Source: a bacterium
GTDB lineage: Bacteria > UBA8248 > JACPRG01 > G963555815
NCBI GenBank assembly: GCA_965218795.1
Contig: OZ244653.1
Coordinates: 2,912,001 to 2,976,000 of the forward strand
Reading direction: 5' to 3'
DNA length: 64,000 nt
Under the pieces are notes generated by a model. The model searched no databases. It had not been told where the DNA came from and saw only the letters and a list, made by a program, of their open reading frames with translations. Shown in pieces: positions 58,127 through 64,000 of this stretch; positions within the stretch are counted from its first letter, which is position 1; every line of letters starts with the position of its first letter. The position numbers and the translations under genes were made by a program.

Positions 58127-59794
58127 TCAGGCCGAATCCTCATCCGGGCCGGGGACGATGAAGTAGGCGCCCGGCTCTTCATTTTCCAACGACAATTGAT
58201 CCAGCTTGGCAAGCGAACGGAACATGTGATGGACTCGCGCCGTCAGACCGTCCAGGGCATCATCGGAGACCGGCAAATCAAGGGCCGCGGCCCACTCCCG
58301 AACCGTTTCCCGGCTGAGGGTCGGCTTTTCTCCATCGGTCCTTCCGTCAGACCGCAGCGCCTTCAGATGGACATGGTGGTCGGGAGGCGAGGCGTTTTCA
58401 AAGTCAGGTCTGCGCGAGCCCCAATCGACAGCCGATTCGTAGATGCCTCCGATCCTGAAAAGGTTTGTTTCTTCCCACCACTTGCCGACCAATTGCATTC
58501 CGACCGGCATTCCGGCTCCGGTAAAACCGCAAGGCACGGAAAGGGCCGGGACGCCCACCGAACTGAACGGCATCGTGCAAAGGAGGAAAGGACGCCAGTC
58601 ATTCGATTCTTTGATGGGCGTCGCGACGACGGGGCCGGTCGGGGTAAGAATGACGTCGACCTCGCGGAAAAGCTCTGCCGTCTGACGGAGAAAGAGGCGC
58701 CGGGCCGCCTGTCCCTGCCGGTGCCGCCATCCGGGAACGAACAGGCCGAGCTCGAAAAACTCGGCGGTGAGCGTCATGTAGTCTTCCCGGTTCGCCCGCA
58801 GATATGGAAGGTGATAGAGGCCTGAATCGGGACCGTTGACGCTCAAGTAGGCGGCGGAGCTGAATTCGGCAAAGGGGATATCAATTTCCCGAACTTCCGC
58901 GCCGAGTCCCTCCAGCACGCCCACGGCATCCCGGACGATGTCCTCCACTTCCATGTCGAATCCCGGAAAAAAGAAATCCCTGGGGATGCCCATACGGGTC
59001 CCCCTCAGGTCGCCCCCCCGGCATTCGGCCAGATATTCGGCATAGTCCGGGACGGGAACGTCTCGGGTGGAAGGGTCCATGGAGTCGAGGCCGGCGATGA
59101 CGGCAAGCATCAGCGCCGCGTCTTCGACGGTTCGAGTCATAGGTCCAATCGAGTCATACGAGGGTCCGAGCGGGACCGCTCCGTATCGACTGACCCGGCC
59201 GTACGTCGGGCGGATCCCGACAATTCCGCAAAGGGCCGCCGGGATTCGCACCGACCCCCCGGTGTCGGAGCCCAACGCCGCCGGCGCCATTCCGCCCGCC
59301 ACGGCGGCCCCGGAGCCGCTGCTCGAACCGCCCGCGATGCGCGAGAGGTCCCACGGATTGGATGAGGACCCGAAGTGGGAATCCACGCCCGTCGGTCCGC
59401 GCGCGAATTCCTGCAGATTGGTTTTCCCGAGTAAAACGGCGCCTCCATCTTCCAGCCTGCGGGCGACAGTGGCCGTGACCCTCGATACGTTTTGTTCCAG
59501 AATTTTTGAACCCGCCGTCATCCGAATCCCTTCGATTTCAATCAGGTCCTTCACGACCACCGGGACGCCGTGGATGGCGCCCCGGTCGGTTCCCGACCGA
59601 AGCTCTTCTTCCGCCCGCTTGGCCGCGGCGCGCGCCTGATCGGTGGTGACCGTGATGAAGGCATTCAGCTTGTCGTCGTGGGCTTCGATCCGGGATAGAC
59701 AGGCTTCGGTGACTTCGACGGGCGAAAGGTCTCCCTTCCGATAGAGGGCGCCCAATTCCGAGACCGTCAGGTATGCAAGGTCGCCTGGAGGCAT
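58127..59794 (-). CDS. Amidase-signature family protein (GatA-like) with C-terminal GatC-like extension
   Basis: VKDL, GGSSSGS and GSDTGGSVRIP triad motifs; ~60 aa helical tail ending EEPGAYF. Confidence 0.85.
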   Translation of the reverse strand: MPPGDLAYLTVSELGALYRKGDLSPVEVTEACLSRIEAHDDKLNAFITVTTDQARAAAKRAEEELRSGTDRGAIHGVPVVVKDLIEIEGIRMTAGSKILEQNVSRVTATVARRLEDGGAVLLGKTNLQEFARGPTGVDSHFGSSSNPWDLSRIAGGSSSGSGAAVAGGMAPAALGSDTGGSVRIPAALCGIVGIRPTYGRVSRYGAVPLGPSYDSIGPMTRTVEDAALMLAVIAGLDSMDPSTRDVPVPDYAEYLAECRGGDLRGTRMGIPRDFFFPGFDMEVEDIVRDAVGVLEGLGAEVREIDIPFAEFSSAAYLSVNGPDSGLYHLPYLRANREDYMTLTAEFFELGLFVPGWRHRQGQAARRLFLRQTAELFREVDVILTPTGPVVATPIKESNDWRPFLLCTMPFSSVGVPALSVPCGFTGAGMPVGMQLVGKWWEETNLFRIGGIYESAVDWGSRRPDFENASPPDHHVHLKALRSDGRTDGEKPTLSRETVREWAAALDLPVSDDALDGLTARVHHMFRSLAKLDQLSLENEEPGAYFIVPGPDEDSA

Positions 59795-60147
59795 AGGAAC
59801 ACTCCGAGTTTGAGGGCGTTCGTCGCCCTTCTGGATGGAATGGAAACGTCTGGAGAATATCGCAACTCTTTTACTTGGGGTAAAGGAGGATCTCAACCCG
59901 GAGCGCTTTCAATACAAAGAGAAGGCGGCAGATGGAGCGAGGACAAACGGATTCGTTTCACCTGCCGCCCATCTTGATTGTCGATTTCCGTCTCCAGGCG
60001 CGCCGCTTTACAGTGATCGCCGCCTTGAACCACTCTGCTGGATCCAACAGAATGCGACGCGAGGCTCGGGGTGGCGCATCCCGGGAAGCCGGAGCCTGTG
60101 ACTGCGCCATAGGCTCCATCAGCGTATTGTCCAAGGGAAGGGTCGGA

Positions 60148-61302
60148 ATGGCGGAGGTTTCTCTCGAAGGTCTGACCAAGCGTTTCGATCGAGCCGAAGC
60201 CGTGAAGTCGCTCGACCTTCGCGTGGTCGACCGCGAATTCCTGGTTCTGGTGGGCCCTTCCGGCTGCGGGAAGACGACGGTCCTGCGTATCGTCGCAGGC
60301 CTGGAGACTCCGACGGAGGGGCATGTCCGCATCGGTGAAGACCCCGTGGAGCGCCTGCCGCCGCAAAAGCGGAACATCGCGATGGTGTTCCAGAACTACG
60401 CCCTGTACCCCCACATGGATGTCTACCGGAATCTCGCCTTCGGCCTTGAGCAACGAAAGGTGCCCAAGGAGGAAATTCGCCGGCGGGTCCATGAAGCGGC
60501 GATCATCCTCGGGATTGCAGAAACGCTGAACCGCAAACCGAGGCAGCTTTCGGGCGGGCAGCGGCAGCGGGTCGCGCTGGGTCGGGCCATCGTTCGAAAA
60601 CCCGCCGTATTTCTCTTCGACGAACCCCTCAGCAACCTGGACGCAAAGCTCCGGATCAAGATGCGCGCGGAGTTGGTCAAGCTCCACCGCAGGTTGGACG
60701 CGACGATTATTTATGTGACGCATGATCAGGTAGAAGCGATGACCATGGGACAGCGGATCGCCGTCATGAACGAGGGCCGTCTACAGCAGGTCGGCTTACC
60801 GCTCGAGGTCTATCACCATCCGGCCAACCTGTTCGTGGCGGGATTTATCGGCAGCCCGTCCATGAATTTCATCGACGCTGAATTGGAACCGGGAACGCCG
60901 GGCCCGGCCTTGCAAATCGATGGAAAAATCGGCTTATCGCTCGGGCGGGAATCGGGAATCGAGGCGGATGTCCCTCGATCCGTGGTCATCGGGATCCGCC
61001 CTGAAGCGATCCGCCTTTCGCTTGGCGCGTCCGAACGGAATCAAGAGGCATTTCTGTCCGGAACCGTTGAGGTTGTCGAGCGTCTGGGGTCCGAGACCTT
61101 TGTGGAGATCGCTGCCGGTCGGCGCTTGATCACGGCAAAGTTGGGAGGAGACGCGCGCTGGGAGGTTGGACAGAACGTTGCGCTTGCTGTGGAACCGGGT
61201 GCTCTCCGGTTGTTCGAATCGGAGACGGGAAAGGCGATTCCGGCGCCCGGCGCCGAGCCCCCGCACGCCGAGCGAGAGCTGACGGAGGGACCAGGCCCAT
61301 GA
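60148..61302 (+). CDS. Carbohydrate ABC transporter ATP-binding protein (MalK/UgpC-like)
   Basis: GPSGCGKT, FQNYALYPH, LSGGQRQR, YVTHDQ, TOBE-like tail. Confidence 0.92.
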   Translation: MAEVSLEGLTKRFDRAEAVKSLDLRVVDREFLVLVGPSGCGKTTVLRIVAGLETPTEGHVRIGEDPVERLPPQKRNIAMVFQNYALYPHMDVYRNLAFGLEQRKVPKEEIRRRVHEAAIILGIAETLNRKPRQLSGGQRQRVALGRAIVRKPAVFLFDEPLSNLDAKLRIKMRAELVKLHRRLDATIIYVTHDQVEAMTMGQRIAVMNEGRLQQVGLPLEVYHHPANLFVAGFIGSPSMNFIDAELEPGTPGPALQIDGKIGLSLGRESGIEADVPRSVVIGIRPEAIRLSLGASERNQEAFLSGTVEVVERLGSETFVEIAAGRRLITAKLGGDARWEVGQNVALAVEPGALRLFESETGKAIPAPGAEPPHAERELTEGPGP

Positions 61303-62633
61303 CGAATCTTTTGCGCCGTTTTTTTGACTTGGGTTCCCGACGAGTCTCCTTGGGTCTCATGGTTCTGATGACGGCCCTTTCGGGATGCGGCGGCGAATCC
61401 CAGGATGCCAAGGTGGCGACCCTCGGGTTTGCGGCGTTCCGGCTCAACGAACCGAAGGCGTGGGAGACCGTGATTCAGGAATTTCAAAAAAAGAACCCGA
61501 AGATTCGGATCGAGCGGGAGACGGCTCCGTCGTCCTCCACTTCCTTCCATGCGTTGCTGACCCAAAAGCTCCGCAACCAGGATCCTTCCATCGACGTTTT
61601 CCTCATGGATGTCATCTGGCCCCCGGAATTTGCGGCAGCCGGATGGGCGCGTCCGCTGGACGAATTTTTCCCGGAAGCGGAGCGGAAGAAGTTTCTCGAA
61701 GGGCCCATCCTCGCGAACACGTACCAGGGTCGTATCTACGGCGTCCCTCTCTTCATCGAGAGCGGACTGCTTTATTACCGTAAAGACCTGCTGACTCAAC
61801 ACGGATTCCGGCCCCCGACGACCTGGGAGGAACTCGCCAACCAGGCCGAAACCATTCTGAAGGCGAAACGGACGTCCCAACCGACCCTCCGGGGGTATTC
61901 GGGGCAGTTCAAACAATATGAGGGCCTCGTTTGCGACATGCTGGAATTCGTCCGGTCCAACGGCGGCGCATTGATGTCCGAAGCGGGCGACCAGACGCAA
62001 ATTCGGGATCCGCGGGCCCTCGAGGCGGTGCGGTTCGTCCGCGACCGAATCATCGGCCGTCTGGCGCCCAGGGGGGTTCTGACGTACCAGGAGCCTGAGT
62101 CTCTATCGCTCTTCATGCAGGGAAACGCCGTATTTCTACGGACATGGGCGTACGCCTGGTCCCTTGCGAACGATCCGGAACGGTCGAAGGTTCCGGGGCA
62201 GGTCGGCGTGGCCAAGCTGCCTCATTTCGAGGGCGGGAAGAGCGTGTCGGCCCTCGGCGGGTGGCAGATGGCCGTCAGCCGGTTCTCCAAACATCCGGAA
62301 GCCGCCTGGAAATTTGTTTCCTTTGCCACGAGCGCTGCCATGCAGAAAGTGTTTTCCCAGGCGGCCGGACGTCCTCCTACGCGCAAGGCGCTCTATCAGG
62401 ATGAAGAAATTCTCAAGACGAATCCCCATTTCAAAGAATTCTTCAATATCTTTCTGACGTCCTACCCCCGGCCTCGCACGCCACTGTACCCGCAAGTGTC
62501 GAACGCCCTGCAGACATACTTCAGCGCCGCCCTCAGCGATCCGTCCTCCGATATCAAGGCCCTGGCCTCGGAGGCTGAATCCAATCTGAACCGGATTCTT
62601 TCGATCCAAAAGGGCAAGGCAGGAGACGATTGA
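61299..62633 (+). CDS. Carbohydrate ABC substrate-binding lipoprotein (trehalose/maltose-like)
   Basis: Lipobox LSGC; MDVIWPPEF, QYEGLVC, LGGW and PRP motifs. Confidence 0.85.
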   Translation: MTNLLRRFFDLGSRRVSLGLMVLMTALSGCGGESQDAKVATLGFAAFRLNEPKAWETVIQEFQKKNPKIRIERETAPSSSTSFHALLTQKLRNQDPSIDVFLMDVIWPPEFAAAGWARPLDEFFPEAERKKFLEGPILANTYQGRIYGVPLFIESGLLYYRKDLLTQHGFRPPTTWEELANQAETILKAKRTSQPTLRGYSGQFKQYEGLVCDMLEFVRSNGGALMSEAGDQTQIRDPRALEAVRFVRDRIIGRLAPRGVLTYQEPESLSLFMQGNAVFLRTWAYAWSLANDPERSKVPGQVGVAKLPHFEGGKSVSALGGWQMAVSRFSKHPEAAWKFVSFATSAAMQKVFSQAAGRPPTRKALYQDEEILKTNPHFKEFFNIFLTSYPRPRTPLYPQVSNALQTYFSAALSDPSSDIKALASEAESNLNRILSIQKGKAGDD

Positions 62634-62668
62634 CTACGGCGCATGAATAAGCCGGCCCCCCGTCTTCG

Positions 62669-63571
62669 ATGGATCGGGAACCCGTCATGACCGATCGGCG
62701 TTTTGGCGTCCTTCTCCTTCTGCCCGCTGCGGTTCTGCTTCTTGGGCTCGCGGCTTTCCCCGTCCTGCAATCGTTCTGGCTCAGCTTCCACCGGGTCTTG
62801 CTGACCATGCCCGGCATGGGAGAAACGTTCGTCGGTTTGGAGAACTTCCGCAGGCTCGCATCCGATCCCGGCGCACGGGATTCTCTGGGCTTCACGTTTA
62901 TTTTCGTCTTCGGAACGACCGCATGCGAAATCCTCCTGGGCCTCGCCATGGCCCTCACGCTGAACCGGAGTTTCAAGGGGAGGGGGTGGGTGAGGGCGGC
63001 CATCTTGATCCCCTGGGCGGTCCCCACCGTTGTCGCCTCTCAGATGTGGCGGTTCATCTTCAACGACCAGTACGGCCTGGCGAATCTGCTCATCTTCGGG
63101 AGCCAGGCACAGTCCTATCAGGCTTGGCTGGCCGATCCCTGGAGTGCGCGGGCGGCCATCATGGCGGCTGATATCTGGAAGACTTCTTCCTTCGCGGCGC
63201 TTTTGATCCTGGCGGGACTCCAGGCTATTCCGGATGAGCTGTACGAAGCCGCCCGGGTCGACGGGGCGAACCCGTGGGCGCAGTTCTGGCGGATTACGCT
63301 TCCACTCCTCAAACCCGCGCTGCTTGTGGCGATTTTGTTCCGAACGATGGACGCTTTCCGGGTTTTCGATCTGGTCTTCGTCATGACGCAGGGCGGACCG
63401 GGCAACCGGACCTCCGTCCTCCAGTTCTTCGGGTACAAGCGCATGTTCACGGAGGGAGACCTGGGCTACGGCGCGGCTGTCTCGGTCGTGGTGTTCCTGA
63501 TCATCTTTGTCATCTCGATGTTCTACGTCCGGATGGTCGGAACGCGGCTGTTCGAAAAAGCTGAGGCGTGA
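62669..63571 (+). CDS. Carbohydrate ABC permease (MalF-like)
   Basis: FVGLENF, LYEAARVDGA EAA loop, multiple TM segments. Confidence 0.92.
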   Translation: MDREPVMTDRRFGVLLLLPAAVLLLGLAAFPVLQSFWLSFHRVLLTMPGMGETFVGLENFRRLASDPGARDSLGFTFIFVFGTTACEILLGLAMALTLNRSFKGRGWVRAAILIPWAVPTVVASQMWRFIFNDQYGLANLLIFGSQAQSYQAWLADPWSARAAIMAADIWKTSSFAALLILAGLQAIPDELYEAARVDGANPWAQFWRITLPLLKPALLVAILFRTMDAFRVFDLVFVMTQGGPGNRTSVLQFFGYKRMFTEGDLGYGAAVSVVVFLIIFVISMFYVRMVGTRLFEKAEA

Positions 63572-63660
63572 GCTTCAAGAGCGATGAAATTCAGGGGGGA
63601 CATTTTTCTTGCGATTGCGTGCAAAGCGTGCAATCGCGAAAAGAAAGTTTTGCTGGGGGG

Positions 63661-63695
63661 TGCGGGGGGGCGCCTTTCAAAAAGCGCCCCCCGCA
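63661..63695. repeat. GC-rich intergenic hairpin inside the ABC operon
   Basis: TGCGGGGGGGCGC-CTTTCAAAAA-GCGCCCCCCGCA. Confidence 0.6.
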
Positions 63696-63700
63696 GAAGA

Positions 63701-64000
63701 ATGAGGATTGACAAGAATCTTGTCTCTTCAAGGCGTAAGAAAGTGAATTCAAGAATTCTCTGGAAAGACGTTGGTTTTTGGGTCTGGGTGGCGGTGTTGC
63801 TGGCGTTCAGCCTGACGCCTTTCGTGTGGTTCCTGCTGAGCTCTTTCAAGACGCCGCTTCAGCTCACGGCCTCGCCGCCGGACATCTGGCCGGAGGGGGG
63901 ATTCCATTTTTTCCGCTCGGCCGTCGGCCGGTATCATCTTTTCCGGTTCGTGAGGAACAGTCTGGTCGTTGCGGGTTCGACGACCGTCACGAGCCTGGCC
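63701..64000 (+). CDS. Carbohydrate ABC permease (MalG-like), partial
   Basis: Open frame to the window end: PFVWFLLSSFKT...NSLVVA. Confidence 0.85.
   Translation, partial: MRIDKNLVSSRRKKVNSRILWKDVGFWVWVAVLLAFSLTPFVWFLLSSFKTPLQLTASPPDIWPEGGFHFFRSAVGRYHLFRFVRNSLVVAGSTTVTSLA

Overview
The window has two parts. Bases 1-~43.7 kb are a mosaic genomic island. It carries an SspABCD-type DNA phosphorothioation module with no sspE in view, a nucleoside 2-deoxyribosyltransferase, and a MOBF relaxase-helicase plus TraD-like coupling protein with no mating-pair genes. It also carries a large Calx-beta/Ig-like autotransporter behind a (GAGGCTT)12 microsatellite, a DcaP porin and LysR regulator, a degenerate tRNA-Asn, a Y-family polymerase/S24-repressor cassette, and tandem arm-type tyrosine integrases. 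IS3, IS630 and IS1-family elements and remnants are scattered through it, and a lower-GC TIGR04255 three-gene operon sits between inverted IS3 copies. Bases ~43.7-64 kb look chromosomal and metabolic: DRE-TIM synthase, acyl-CoA dehydrogenase, tandem Rieske oxygenases, M20 hydrolase, radical SAM, PgeF, ankyrin protein, an amidase with a GatC-like tail, and a sugar ABC transporter, with REP-like repeats between genes. The best candidates for new biology are (1) the TIGR04255/unknown/ART-like operon with a promoter-terminator sRNA cassette in its leader, (2) a second antisense sRNA cassette over a small acidic ORF, (3) the dual-integrase mobilizable element, (4) an in-frame internally deleted mini-repressor, and (5) NdmA/B-like tandem Rieske enzymes. 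All family calls come from motif recognition by eye; no database searches were run. Several single-base frameshifts may be assembly errors.
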